DNA of 63,994 nt, the filler included, from Octopus bimaculoides (Eukaryota): NCBI RefSeq assembly GCF_001194135.2. It is 6 parts of 6 records of this genome, joined end to end, with 100 filler letters (N's around TTAATTAATTAA, not from the genome) between each part and the next. Parts side by side here need not be neighbours in the genome. Positions count along the whole stretch, not along the records: positions 32,916 to 50,963 come from NC_068987.1; 5 more parts are not named here. The stretch is one strand, 5' to 3'. A program made the position numbers and the translations under genes. This document shows positions 36,231 through 50,051 of this stretch, one piece after another. A model generated the notes under the pieces. That model made no database searches, had not been told where the DNA came from, and saw nothing but the letters and a program-made list of their open reading frames with translations. The number at the start of each line of letters is the position of its first letter. Position 1 is the first letter of the stretch.

Positions 36231-37560
36231 CAGAAACAAAGTTCGATCCTCCGGGTAGTAAAGTAGAGATGTGGAGTCGTTACCCATTTGTTCTATTCTT
36301 TTTATGATCTGTCCTGTAAAATGTGTGAATGGAATCGAATTGTAGGGAGCATCAATGCAGCAGATTTTTCGTTATTAATTTTCTAAATTCTTTTATGCAT
36401 TCAAACATGTTCACACAGTATTTCTCTCAAATTCAATTATTTGGTACGTTCCTTGCCATACCCTTTAGACGGCATCACTTGTTCGGATACAAGTCATGAT
36501 CTCAAAGCAACAGCTTATAGAAGATGAATAATAACATGATTGTATCTTGACTTCTGTATTTTTTTACAGTCTGAGCTAAAATGTACAAGTTTAGTTATAT
36601 GCATATACGTATCATGAATATACGTGTAGACATGGGGTTGATGGTAATGTACCATGTATCTGCATATATTTTAGGAAGTTTGGCAGAAATTTATTCTTTT
36701 CCATTTTTCATGGTGAAAATTAAGAGTTCCGTACTTTTTTCGTTTTCTTAACGTCTGATACAAATTGAGAGCAGGTTCCACCACAGTGCTACCACAGAAT
36801 ATGCACTCAATTCGAAGACAGCAAATAATACAAAGCATTCAAAAGAGCTGCCGATTTTACGAAATTCACCACTTATTGGTATATTTACAATGAGTGTATG
36901 TGCGGTTGGGAAAACATTCACGCGATAGTATTCCTGCAAGTATCTGCTTCGCTGTGTAAACACCTATAGAAATTAACCTAATGTATTTCTTGTTTGCCAG
37001 ACAGAGAGAAAATATTTATATATGCCTTTCTCTGAACCAATGTGTTAAGCATTTACGTAGTTGGTAGAAAGAAATCCATTCATAGAAAGACGATTCTTTC
37101 AGGTCATTGTAATTATTTCTTCTAGTTAGTTTTAGAGTTTTATGAAGGCCGTCTCGGTTTCCCAATTACGAAATGTAACAATGTAGGGAATCAATACAGC
37201 GTTAATACATTTGCTTTTTTTTATTTCAAAATTTATTTGTTATGTTGTTTGCGTCTGTTCACGATATATTATTTACTTTCCTATATTTTCACAAATTACA
37301 CTGCGTACGAAATATAGAGCTATATACTTGAGACAATAATGTACTTTATTTTTTCTCTTGATACAAATTTCAGAATAACAGAATTAGTTGTAGATCTCAA
37401 TAAAATTAGTTTGCACTCCAACGAAACATGCTAATTATAATTCAAAGCACCAGTTCAGTTATATATACATATATACACACGCATGCGCACTTATACATAC
37501 ATATATACATACATACATACATACATACATACATACATACGCACACACACACACACACAC

Positions 37561-37609
<49 letters not shown>

Positions 37610-37789
37610 CATTATGGTGGGCAATGGAGTCAACCAGACCCGAATGTTATAGGTAATACCGAGTAAGTGCTGTATACCGACTAGTTTTTCCCCAGATGTG
37701 GTTACAACGTGAATGGTGAATTTAACATAGGACGTGTATTAGCGTGTGTATATATAAAAGGAATGAGATAAAGAGACCAATGGTATAAA

Positions 37790-39170
37790 CAAATTTATAT
37801 TTCATGTAGAATGTCTTACAGCTGTTTCAGGGAAAATTCAATGTATCCCTTCATCGGACACGGCAATAGTAGAAGTTAAGGATTATTAAATCTGTTTGAG
37901 GAGATTTGCAGTAAGAAATGAGAGCTATGCGAAGAAGAAAAAACAAGGAAAATAAAGTACTTGGAGTATAGTTCCATTCCAAAGGTAAATATCCCTGTAT
38001 AGAATCCGTGTGAATATTTTCCAGTCATAATTATAGCTGTATTAGTAGCTATACATCATTTCGTATCCAGTTTACTCTGTGTGCTGTTTACTTAAAAGAT
38101 AGACCGAAGTGAGTGGAAGATATATATGGGATTGTGAGATCAGGCCATAAGACAGGAAGGAAGGAGGAGGAAATAGTTAAGGGAGAAATGAAGGTAGTGG
38201 TGCAAGCTGTCGGCTATAAATAGATGAATAGAGGAATATATGTAAGAGATTGTGATGTCAGATATACGGACAAGAGAGAACGAAGAAAAGAAGAGAGGGG
38301 TGGAAGTATAGGGTTGTAAAGAAATGGACAGGTGGAGAAAGGGAGTGTGAAGAGATAAAGTGAAGTAGGAAATGGAGGCAGTTATAGTATATAGTAGTGT
38401 TCAGTGTCAGGATAGAAAGGAACCTGTAGGGGTTGATGGTGTTGGTGGGGTTCGAAAAATAGTAATAAAAAGAAAAAAATGTATAATAAGAAAGAAAGGT
38501 AGTAGTGTTAATAATCTATAAATAGAGCTGAATGTATTTGAAGAATGATAGGAATATATATATTTATACATATAATTACAAGCGTGAATCAAGTTAGTTT
38601 GAGTTACCTATGGGGAGTGTGGGAGTACGTTGTGTGGTCATTTATGCATTTGTGTTTGTGATAGAATTTGAATGTATGGAATGAGCGGTGATTGCAGGTG
38701 CTAAATGCTTCGTTATACCTATTAAGTAGTGTAGGAGAATTGTATTTTAAAATATGGAACGCCTCCTTCAAGCAAAGTTTGCAATTAGAGCGCTGGCCTT
38801 GGTATGGAATTCCTGAGTCCAAAGTGGACCATGTTAAAGTATATTGGGTACTTGCGTTTTTGAAGTTGGCTAGTGTTGTAGATTTGCTGTGCTTGTCATA
38901 TCTAAAAGAGTGAAGGTGAGCTGCATAATGTTCCTTGACATTTTTAGTTCAACCTATGTATGTAGCTGTAGAGTTATGTAGCAGATTGACGACAGTGCAT
39001 TTGTATATTACGATGTATCTTACGCAATGTGTTGTAGCAGGCAGATTGTCCCGGAGCGACACTTAAAAGTAGATGAAGCTTGGGGGTTGTGTTCCGTGGT
39101 GGATGAGGTGATATTGTCGGAGGATATGTTATATGAGGATGCAGAGGAATCTAAATTAATGTAATCGTTA
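37790..39170 (-). mobile_element. PLE 3' fragment: GIY-YIG C-terminus, 3' UTR and terminal hammerhead-like motif (37812-37860)
   Basis: PYQGQRSNCKLCLKEAFHILKYNSPTLLNRYNEAFSTCNHRSF matches the PLE C-terminal C..CL.EK..I.....LLN.R.E...C.H pattern; downstream CCGATGA-AGGGA/TCCCT-GAAAC-AGCT-GTA-AGACA. Confidence 0.8.
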
Positions 39171-39464
39171 CTGTTATAGTTATAGTTATTATTATCGCTA
39201 TTGTTATTATTAAAAATATAGTAGTATTATTGGGGGGTATATTGTGTCTACATTAATAAGAATTTACAAAGTTTGGTGTAAAAACAGCTACAGTTTTTAT
39301 ACACGTGCATATAGTAAAAATACGTCATGAGAAATAATGTAAGCCGACCATGAAGAAGCAATCAAGTAAAACTGGGAGCATAAATCATGGCTTCCTCAAA
39401 AGCAAAACAGAATTAGAACAAAAGTTTTCACACATATACGCAAACACATACACACATGTATGTA

Positions 39465-40088
39465 AAAGGGGGTGCCCAAAAGTAACCGGAACCGTTCACT
39501 GTGGGCAAGACAGTTGTATTTCAGGNNNNNNNNNNAAAGGGCACTTATCGCCTGAAGACCAACCTCGTTCAGTACGACCTTTTACTTCCGAACCAATAGA
39601 AACATGAAAATTCCTAAACTGAATTTGGAAGACCGTCACCAAAAAATCTACGAACTTGTTGATATAACTGGTATGCCCTTGAGTTCCTACCTTGAGTTTG
39701 ATCGAGGAATTTCGAATTAAAAGAGTTGCAACAAAATGTGTGCATCGCTTGCTCACGGAAGATCAAAAGCAGTTACGAATGAATGCGTGTTGTGAACTGA
39801 AAGAACAGTTGGAAGATGATTCGTATCTATCTTGGAAGGTTATCACTGGTGACGAAAGCTGAGCTAGGGAATTTTCAGATGTGGAAGTGGTCAAGAAAAA
39901 ACGACGGAGGCGTTAAAATGTATCATTTCGGAAGAGTTTCACCACTGCTTCGAATAATGGAAAACGAGCATGGGCCGATGTATTGCTTCATATGGCGGAC
40001 ACTTTGAAGGCGATAAAAGTGTAAACCTGTACAATTAAGTGGATAAAATAATATTGCTAAATTCCGGTTTCTTTTGGGTACTCCTTCG
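39465..40088 (+). mobile_element. Internally deleted mariner with both TIRs
   Basis: TA|AAAGGGGGTGCCCAAAAGTAACCGGAA and TTCCGGTTTCTTTTGGGTACTCCTTCG|TA. RVATKCVHRLLTEDQKQLR..VITGDES is joined directly to the C-terminal GRCIASYGGHFEGD. Confidence 0.88.
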
Positions 40089-40137
40089 TATATGTGTATA
40101 TGTGTGTGTATATATATATATATATATNNNNNNNNNN

Positions 40138-40143
40138 GATAGA

Positions 40144-40183
<40 letters not shown>

Positions 40184-40315
40184 TAGATAGATAGACAGAA
40201 CAGACAGACATACATGCATGCAGGCATGCAGACAGACATACATGCAGGCAGGCAGACAGACAGACAGACAAACATACAGACAGACAGATAGATAGATAGA
40301 TAGATAGATAGATAA
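40138..40315. repeat. (GATA)n/(GACA)n compound tetranucleotide tract
   Basis: Direct reading. Confidence 0.95.
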
Positions 40316-40899
40316 ATGACGGTAGAGATATGCAAGCAAATGATTACTCGCACAATTTTATATGTATTTAGAATTATGCTTAGATAATGCATATGCAGAT
40401 ATCTAGACAGATGTGTGTGTTGAGCGGGATATCTATGTGTAAATTCATACATGCATGACTGGCATTATAAACTCGAGATTTTATATTAAATACCTCATTT
40501 GATGTTTCATTATTTCACGCAATCTTACGTCTTGTGCATTGCTACTCTTACGTGCACTATTCACACTATTCACAGAATCCTTAAATTCTGTTTTAAAGTT
40601 TTACAAGCATAAATGTTGTTGCCACCAATTCTGTATTATATTGTTTTACATGATCCCTGTAATCTTGAGAATGAAGATCGATATTCATTCCTAAATTTGC
40701 ATTCTCTGTTATCGACATGAATTTGAAGAACCTCATTCTCTTTTTATGGCCGAACTGAGATCATAATATTTCTTTGTGATTTACCGTCCAATTTGTAATT
40801 GTGCTATTATTAGTAATCTGGTCTAAATATGCTACCAAATTTTTGCTTAACATCATAAGCTAATAAAATGTATCTTTCAGGAAAGAGTCATTATTCTTG

Positions 40900-41900
40900 A
40901 TTAGCGTCTGGTAATATGAAACTGTTATAACTAGTTAACGATAAACTCTCGAAAACAAAGTTCGTATGATCGTGATTCATTAAATACGATGAAGACTAGA
41001 TACTGTAGCGATATATGTGTGTTGAATTTAGTTAAGATAAAACCAAAGTAGATAATCTGCTGGCAGGTTTCAAAAACAATCGCCGAGCAATGGCAGAACG
41101 TTTTGATTGTCTTTAATAAGTGAGCCGTATCTATGTTATTTGATTTGTCGATCCATTACGTTATGCACATTGCATGTGGCCTTTAAATTTGTCTTGAAGA
41201 AACAAAAGTTATAGAATTTTAGGATATAAAATATTTGGAAATTTGGAATGATGCATAGGTTTCTAGTATTTTAGATATGTTTCCTACATATCCAAGTGTC
41301 ATTGTCATCAATTACTGAAATTTGATGCAGTAACGAAATATCTACAAAAAATTCTGTTCGGTCATTTAGTTTTAATAACTGGCTTTTTTTTCTGGAGGTG
41401 GTCTGTTGGTGTGTTTAACTATGTAGTGCATTTTATTTCGCTATTGATAAATTCTAGGATTCCGGTCGATATTATAGGCCATATAGGTATTGTGTGAACA
41501 TTAATCTGAATACTTACTTTTATTGGGGAAAATGTAGTATCAAAGAAATGTAGTACCTATGGCTGACGTTCAAGACTATTATGGTGGTATAGTAGCTATT
41601 CTGCAGATGATTTTTATCTACATGTATGGTGTTAATGGCATTGACTGGGTGGAGTAATTCTCAACAATGAAAACTTTTACCATCCGCATTGCCTACATGT
41701 ACTTCCAAACATATCACTCCAAATAGTATGAAATCTATTTTAGATAGAGTAATTATATATAAACCGAAAGGGTTTGTAATTGTTTGGATTTCAAGTAATC
41801 TTATTCTCCCGAAAAAAAATCATTTTGTCTCAATCTTTCCAGATAAAATTGGATTTTTGTTCTATATGTATATGGTGTGTTTATGTGCACACACAAAACG

Positions 41901-41940
<40 letters not shown>

Positions 41941-43200
41941 ACACACACACACACACTCACACACACACACATATGCACACATGTTCCTTCTCCCTTCGTC
42001 TCCCTTTGGCTAAACACACCCTGGCACATACACGCATATGTATGTGAGTGTGCACGTGTGTAAGCGTATGTACGTGCGCGTGCGTGCGTGTATGAGCGTA
42101 GCTAGCTAACTAATAAAATAAATAGATATCTAAAGCCACCATAGATATGTTCGTTTCTCTCTTGATGGTTATCTATGCGATATATTTGATATCATACAAT
42201 GTGCTTGGTGGAGTTATTTTTTTCTTTCAATTAGAAATCCTTGTTTCTGTCCTCTTACAAACAATTGCAATGAGCTTCATTTTACATACGTATGTTTTTA
42301 GACATATCTCCATAGCTGGTTGCTTTGTGTTTTTCGTTACTTTACTTGTAATGTAAATACTGTTTCTCCTTAACTAGCTGTTTATGCAATATTTCATCTA
42401 TAGTGTAGGATATTAGTATATTTCTTTTTAACGTTATGTTTTTCCTAACGGTTTTTAGTACGATAGCAATTATTTCCGTTATCTTACTGTATATTTGTTG
42501 TACATTTGTAATCTCATTTTTTTAATGATGCCAGCATTTATTCAGTTTAATAAATTTCTTTTTTCTATTTTCTTTAGTAATAGTATTGGCTTCATGTATT
42601 CTGTTTTTCCTCACTAATAAGTGCATTTCAAGGTGTAGGAATGATTCTTCATGTAGAAGCCAACAACGCTATAGCTAAATATCTTGAATTTATAGACAAC
42701 AGAGACAATGAGGAAGGAATGAAAGTCCAAAACATATTTCGCCGCTCTTTAGTTAGAGCTTTGTGACAACTGCAGCTGCTGCACACATTAATTGGTTTAT
42801 CCCAGCAATAACTGTTTCCAAAATGTTCGTATGTATTTTAAGAGGTTTTCTCAAAGATTTGATTAAAGATGTCTTCTTAATGATACCTTTTCCATACAAA
42901 AACTAATTACACTAGTTACCTCTGTGTGCGCACTTTATTTAAACAGACTTACAGTTTCAATTGTTTTTCTTATTATTTAGTACGTTAAGAACGTGTATAT
43001 TCGGATGGATTTTCTATATGTATAGTGACGGATTCAAAATGTCGCAATTTCCCATCATTCCCAGCAACGATGCGCTTTCTATATGCAAGTGCTGCCGTCT
43101 AAGAAACTCCAAATAGGAATAATCATCTGTTGATAAATGTAAATATTCAGGTTGCTTTAAATTTATTCATATATATTAATAACTATTAGATCATACTCGG
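40900..43200 (-). mobile_element. Heavily decayed PLE-like remnants
   Basis: Minus piece near 41390-41500 reads MHYIVKHTNRPP, resembling PLE RT Y.H..SNHPP; the rest is ambiguous. Confidence 0.3.
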
Positions 43201-45524
43201 TATAATACTCCAATTTATCATTTTCATTTTTACTTTGAATACGATGGGCATTAAACGACAATTATTCTTATAGTCTATGCTTCTGAGTACCAGAATGTTC
43301 AACTATCGGTCGGTTCTATTCTCTCGGTTATTGTTGAGAAGTGGTAGTGGTGGTGGTGGTGGTGGTTGTGTTCAATGTTTTCTTTCGGAGAGTATAACTG
43401 TGTGTAATTTCATTCGAAGACACATCACATTTATTGCATTACCAAATGAAATTTTCGTTCGGGTCTTGTGAATAAACAATATTAGAATTATCTGAGAACT
43501 TACTATTGATAGCTTGTAGTGGGCAAGAAAAAAAGGAAAGTGATATTTTGTTTTTATGGACATTTTCGTATATATTAATATGAGGGACATTTTAAAATTC
43601 AAAATAACGTTCAAAAGTAAATGCGTGAAACCAAAAATATTGCAAAATCAAGCACTTAATAAAAAAAAATCTGAGGAGTTAAAAAAAGGAAAAAAGAGTA
43701 TGGTATGTCATATGAGGGAGCAATTAATAAATGTATTGCAAGCAGTAGTAATAAATGTATTGCAACATCGTCAGTAATAGCAACAGAAGGGAAGACGCCA
43801 GACCCAATTCGCTTAAATAGTAGATGTGTTAAAGCTAGACTTCCTAACACAAAAAAACACAAGCAAGCGTTTTTCACTTGACATGTTACCTCTCAAACAT
43901 ATATATGGGTGAATGTCGTAAAACTAAATAATGTTCCTTAGTTTCCTATCTAAACCAAGAAAGAGTAGAGAAAATAACGTTCGTGCATTAGAAAAGATGG
44001 AATTGGACAGAATTTAAATTCTCGAAAAGAAATTATATACAAAATAACAAAAAATAATAGAGAAAAGTAGAAAAGGAAATATGGCTCTACCGTTTGCACA
44101 TTCAACATGTATACTCTGCTAAAATATACACTGGTATTCCTGGACAATGTCTGTACATTTATGTCCTACAGATTAGTGGAAAAGAACACAAGAATGCCGA
44201 CAAAATAGATGTAATTCGGTGACTAGTTGTCACTTTTGTACTGTGGTAAATGTGCATGGATAAAACATATATAACAATAAGTGATCTGTGGTTAAGGCGG
44301 GTCAAAAAGATTTATTGACGCCTAAGGACGCAAAACCATACCGGAAAACTTCACAACAGAAAACGCAGAGATAAAGGGAATGAGATTCATGGTACAAGAC
44401 AAAAGAACTCGTTGCTGGATTTATCAGAGAAACAGCTAGCTCAGTGCCTCTTTCTGTAAACAGCTATGAAATCTTACCATGAATATAAGAAATGAAAATA
44501 CCGAAGACTACTTGAGACAGCTAAACATATAACAGCTGCAGGTTTGCAGAAGTCCATCAATCAAAACTACGGGAATGTCAGCAGAAATGACTTTAAGCTC
44601 AGAATTCTACAAATGCAAGCAAACAACTCATCCTCTAAAAGTATTTACAAGTAAGAGCTGCACAGCACTATCGTTTATTCAGGAGAAAAACATTATTCTT
44701 TTCAACAAAATATAAAATTGTCCAAGAAAATGCAAAAGGGAAAACAATGAAAATTCAATGAACATAAAACAACAAAATGGCGAAATGTATCAACATCAGA
44801 AAAACAAAACTGGGATCACCTTCTCAAAAATATGAAAAGATGAGGAAGAGAACAAACAAAGTATATACAAATCTTTCGAAAACTGTCTGAAGGCTAACAG
44901 ATAATATCGCTTATGTGTGGGGTGATGGTTATTCCATTGAAATAATTATACAAATGATGTTCGATTTTGAATAAATGCAGCATGCATTAGATAGATTGTT
45001 TGTAAAAGAAATAAGACACTACAACTCACTTAAACAATTCTGATTGCAATTGAATGTGTAGATATTTCTCAACTTCATACAGCTCAAAAATATCAACCTG
45101 TGCCTTTTCTATATCGAACACAACAATACTAACATTGGCAGGCAGATAAAAACTAGAAATAACCAGCGATTTTTCATCTTTATTTCTTTGAATTATATCT
45201 GTCATAAATTATTGTTTACGAGAAAGTAATATTTTTATGATTTATTTCCGCACATTTTTTTTTTAATGTTTTGCATAACGTCTTTCATTTCTTCCTTTGT
45301 CTTTGTACACCTTACCTATTACAACTCACAGTTATTTTTGAAAACCCTGGATTGACCGCACTCCGTATGTTTCGGTACCGCTTGGAACGCCTGTGGTTAG
45401 GAAAAAATGATTATTACTTATATCTAAAAAATTAAAATATCATCATCATCATCATCTTTACGTTTCTTTGCCATTTAAGTGTGAACATACTCTACCAGAA
45501 CATTTTTTCAGATAATATTATATA

Positions 45525-45758
45525 CAGTAATTCCTCGACTATCGCTGGTGTTACGTTGGAAAACTGGCCGCGATAGGGGAAGATCTGCGAAGTAGAAACA
45601 GAACTGTACCGTATGTTTTCTTTTTATCGTTTTTGTAATTTGTATATATTTATTTTATTATAAATGCCAAACACCACCACAGAGGAATTGACGTAAGCTT
45701 AAATAATAAACCGCGATAGGTGAACCGCGGTAAATCGCCATTTGGCGAGGGATTACTG
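45525..45758. mobile_element. pogo/Tigger-like MITE
   Basis: TA|CAGTAATTCCTCGACTATCGC ... GGCGAGGGATTACTG|TA; homologous to 56017-56267. Confidence 0.85.
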
Positions 45759-45872
45759 TATATATATATATATATATATATACATATACTTGAATATATA
45801 AAGGGAAGCAAATCTTTACAAATTTTACTACCAGTGGCCTAGCATGTATCAAAATTCAATAGATAAAATATT

Positions 45873-46093
45873 CAATATAAAATACAAGAAAAAGTACCTA
45901 TAACAGGCAATTTCTACACGCTAGAAGACAGTAAAAAACGACCGAAAACCACAAAGAATTAGAACATAAAAGTTCTTATTTTTACTTTCCCTTTGAAATG
46001 TTTTAATTTTTTTTCTGGTTTTCGGTCGTTTTGACTATCTTCTGGTATGTAGAAATTGCCTGTTATAGGTAATTTCTCTTGTATTTTATATTG
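45873..46093. repeat. Fold-back inverted repeat, arms about 88 bp, spacer about 40 bp
   Basis: CAATATAAAATACAAG..ACCTATAACAGGCAATTTCTACA..AAAACGACCGAAAACCA pairs with TGGTTTTCGGTCGTTTT..TGTAGAAATTGCCTGTTATAGGT..CTTGTATTTTATATTG. Confidence 0.88.
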
Positions 46094-47882
46094 TGTGTAT
46101 ATATATATATATAGAAGTTCGTGTTTGATATGCATGTATATAATTCTTTATTAGTCTTTGTTTCAGTTAGAAGAAACGTCTTACGCTCAATTATATGTCC
46201 TCATGATCGACATTTTGTTGAACGGACGAACACAGAGACAATCGTTCGATTCTTCTTTTTGTAAACCTCTTCACATTTGTACATTTGTGGCAATGTACAA
46301 TTACTGGGGCTAATATTCTGTCTATATTCCCCATTCATAATATTTCAGTCATCGAATTGACTTGCGTTGTTATTTGCACAAATCACCGAAGTAATCTACA
46401 ATACCTATATTTCTGCATGTAGCGCTCCAACATAACTAATTTTCCTTAATTACTGCACAGACCTCATATAGATTTCTTATATCACGATTTCTGCAGCTGG
46501 AATCATCATTCACTTGCATATTTTGTAATAAATGTAATCAACGGCCCGGTTAAAATTTCTGATTATTGACAGTAGCAACTAGTATGTCGCAACCGCAACA
46601 AATACGATCAATGGATTTCTTAAAATATCTCTGTGTATGGTGGATTCATTTATATTGTATATTCGTGGAATATGCAATCTGATGATACGAATCATACACT
46701 ATAGGTTTTGAACCTCTAATTCTCCCTTGTTTCTTCGATGCAGGTGTGTTCCTGATCTGTATGTATTTCTGATCTAATCTATATCATAGTTTATTTATTC
46801 GTTAACTGTTGAGAGTCTGGAGGAGTTTCAGTGAATATATATTGTTAATTCGCTTGGGTTCTCTCTAATACAACTATTTAATTATTTAGTATAAGATGTA
46901 TCTATTATATATGCAGTGCACGTGTGCAGATTTGTAATTGTTTACGCTTTCCTAAGAAATCTCTACGTGGATTAATTATTTCTGATAATTGTTGCTGTTT
47001 CATTGAATATTGATTTTAAAAATGTAGTTGCACTGGTGGTTGTTGGTAAGTAAATTATCCATCAGTAAATGACATATGTTTCTTTCTCTTTTTTATCTTT
47101 TATCTTTCATTTGTACTAGTTATTAGGCTGCGGCCAAGCTGGAGCACGGGATTAGCAAATTTTAGTCGAACCACTCGACTGTGGTACTTAGTTTTTTTCA
47201 TCCAGTTACTTATTCTATCGGTGCGTGCATGTGAAATCTTCCATAAAGTATGTTAATCATGCTGTTTACTTCTGCATTATCTGTTGCGAGATCTGCAAGA
47301 CAAAAAATAAAAAAACAAAAACTTCAGAGCGAAAGTCACTACATTTCCGGTTTATTTTATGTATTTTGCAATAATGTCTGCCACATACTTTGGCATTGAA
47401 CATTGTATTTGCCTTCCATTATGACATGCTAAATGTTGCAATCTCTATAATTACTGGAGTTACTCTATACCACTACAGCAATTCAAAGACACGTTAATGG
47501 AGCAGTACTTCATCACAATTTCTTATTCCGCCCGCAAAATATGAAAGTTCTCTTATTACATGAAGGCCTATAATTTTGCTTATCAAAAGCTACACTTATG
47601 TTTAACCTAATATTTTAGTTTTAGCATAGTTCAAACAAAGACGAAAGCTATATGCATAAGCTTATATACACATACATGTTAACGTGAAGGAGCGTAATTA
47701 AAGTGTATATGCANNNNNNNNNNCACGGACACATACACGCAACATATATATATATATATATATATACGTACACACTCACTCTCGCGCGTACATACACATT
47801 AATTAATGCATAATACAACACCCCCGCCTCCTTCCACACGCACGTTCTCAATTGCACTCATTTACCGTCTCACACATTTATA

Positions 47883-47916
<34 letters not shown>

Positions 47917-47987
47917 TATACATACACACACACACACATGTACACGCACTTACATACACGTTAACATTCACATACAGTTATTCACAA

Positions 47988-48026
<39 letters not shown>

Positions 48027-48131
48027 GAGACATAAAACCACACACTAGCTTAAGTATACACTAGCTCTCTCTCACTCTCTGTCTTTCTCTCTCTCCCTTT
48101 TCCCTCCCTCTTTCTCCCTCTATCTCTCTCT

Positions 48132-48175
<44 letters not shown>

Positions 48176-48960
48176 ATATGATTAATTTTTAGCTGGTGCA
48201 AACTAAATCTCTGTCGTGTCAGGCTGCGAAATGTTACATTTGACATTAAACAACGATTTCTGAATTTATCTTATACATCATGTTTTCAACTGTGTGTGAG
48301 GTTATAGAAAATAGAGCTTCTACAGACTAATTAAAATATGCTAGTGTACATTTAAATAGTGTCTAACAGTTTAGGAACTTATCTGATGACTGTTAGTTGC
48401 CTCAGAGCATTACATCAGTTTAGATTTGTTGATTGAGTATTGATTTATTTTATTCAAATTAATTTTGATGTACAAATAGGATATTTAAACTAGTTGTCAT
48501 GAGTTCTACGTGATACTTATTGTAACTCTATACTCTTTTATGTCTTCTCTGTTAGAAAATGATGTAACTTGAGATAATCCGACCTTCCGAGAAGAGAAAT
48601 GTACGAGCTGCGAGAAAAATTCCAAAGCTTGGCGTTCTGAGGAAGAAAAGACCAAGCATAGAAATCTTATTTCATTACATGGAGCTTGAAGTTAATTGTG
48701 GGACCCTGCGTAGTGTTAAATGAGACTATTCACCTCAGAACAGAATAGGATAGTGCACTGTCCTAACATCCTGTCTACATTAAAAGAAATGGTAAAATAA
48801 CGAGGAAGAAAGTTCAATGCATTAAGTATACGCATGTATACTTGATAGCATAAGCAAGTGAATAAATAGATCTCACTCTATTTCGATGATGTCATTTTTG
48901 TAACTAACGTGTTCGATATGTTACAGCTATTAGCTATCGTAAGTTAATGCTAAAATATGA

Positions 48961-48991
<31 letters not shown>

Positions 48992-49239
48992 TTGTGTGTA
49001 ACCACATGTGGAACATTGGCGATTTTTTTTTCTGTCTTCCTTTTGTCCAGGAATTTCCTCCGTCTCCTGTTCCTGACGACGAGCTTCACTCGAAACGTAA
49101 ATCCAACTTACTTTCGTTTTTCGAGCGTCTGTTAATATTTTGCATGTACTTACGTCATGGTGTTGTTGTTGTTTTTTGCTGTCCTTGTTTTTCGTTTTTC
49201 TTAATTTTGGTGCGGGGTTGGATTATATATATATTTATA

Positions 49240-50051
49240 CAGGCTGTCCCCAAAAGTTACTATACTCTTTCTTGTTTTCTATTTCGTTTCAGGTATCATT
49301 CGGAGAGACGTGAGGTCATCAGCACGTGACACCTTAGACTTTGCAGTTGTTGTAAGTGTATCGTTCCCTTACCCATAACACATCATACCACCGGCTTCGT
49401 AGAGTCTCGTTCATGTTCGTGAATTTCTGCTGGTTTTGATTTTCCCGAAATTCGACAATTACGTCGGTTTATCCGACCAGAGACATGAAAGATAGACTCA
49501 TCGCTGAACCATAGGTTTTCCAAGTCGTTTTGGTAATGGTGGAGGAGCGATACACACATATCCGCACGAGCATCGTAATCATCTGCTTGAAACCTTCGAA
49601 CAACCTGAAGTCGGTGCAGTTAGAGCTTTATCACACTCCAAGCATCTACTGCATCAAACTTTTGTTTATGCTAAATTCCAGTGCAGTCCTCCTGATTGAC
49701 CTCTCTGGCTTTCGTGAGCGCCTGCTTCAGGAGTTCGTTTTTTTTCATTTTTTTTTTCATTAGTGATGACTGTAGCAGGCCTTCCGCTGCGCCGTTGTCA
49801 AGAACAGGTCTTCTTTTGAGAAACTTGCTACGAATAACATACATTGTGCTACGCGTTGGAGCAAAGGTGACTGAAATACTTCTTGCTAGGCGGCAATTTT
49901 TCAACAATGCTCTAATGTCATTTAGCGGGGCATGGGCACGATAATGATACAATTACAAAAACTGCAAAGTCTAAGGTGTCAAATGGCGATGGCCGCACAT
50001 CTATCCTATTGATACCTGAAACGAAATAGAAAAAAGAAAGTTTATAGTGAC
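49240..50051 (-). mobile_element. Internally deleted Tc1/mariner-superfamily element (DUF4817-HTH-like type) with long inverted ends
   Basis: Left end TA|CAGGCTGTCCCCAAAAG. Inverted blocks GACACCTTAGACTTTGCAGTT/AACTGCAAAGTCTAAGGTGTC and TTTCGTTTCAGGTATCA/TGATACCTGAAACGAAA. Minus frame has PTRSTMYVIRSKF and LWFSDESIFHVSGRINRRNCRI..EIHEHERDS. Confidence 0.85.

Noticed and set aside
36748-36963. Several open frames and a TTTCTATAG acceptor, suggesting an exon
   Set aside because: No convincing donor and frame combination, and no recognisable domain.
44250-47550. Possible Helitron Rep/helicase remnants
   Set aside because: Only scattered 3-5-residue resemblances; needs tBLASTn or an HMM search.
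49051-49096. Apparent plus-strand exon (TTTTGTCCAG|EFPPSPVPDDELHSK|GTAAAT)
   Set aside because: Better explained as part of the hammerhead-bearing repeat, which has an inverted homologue at about 50150.
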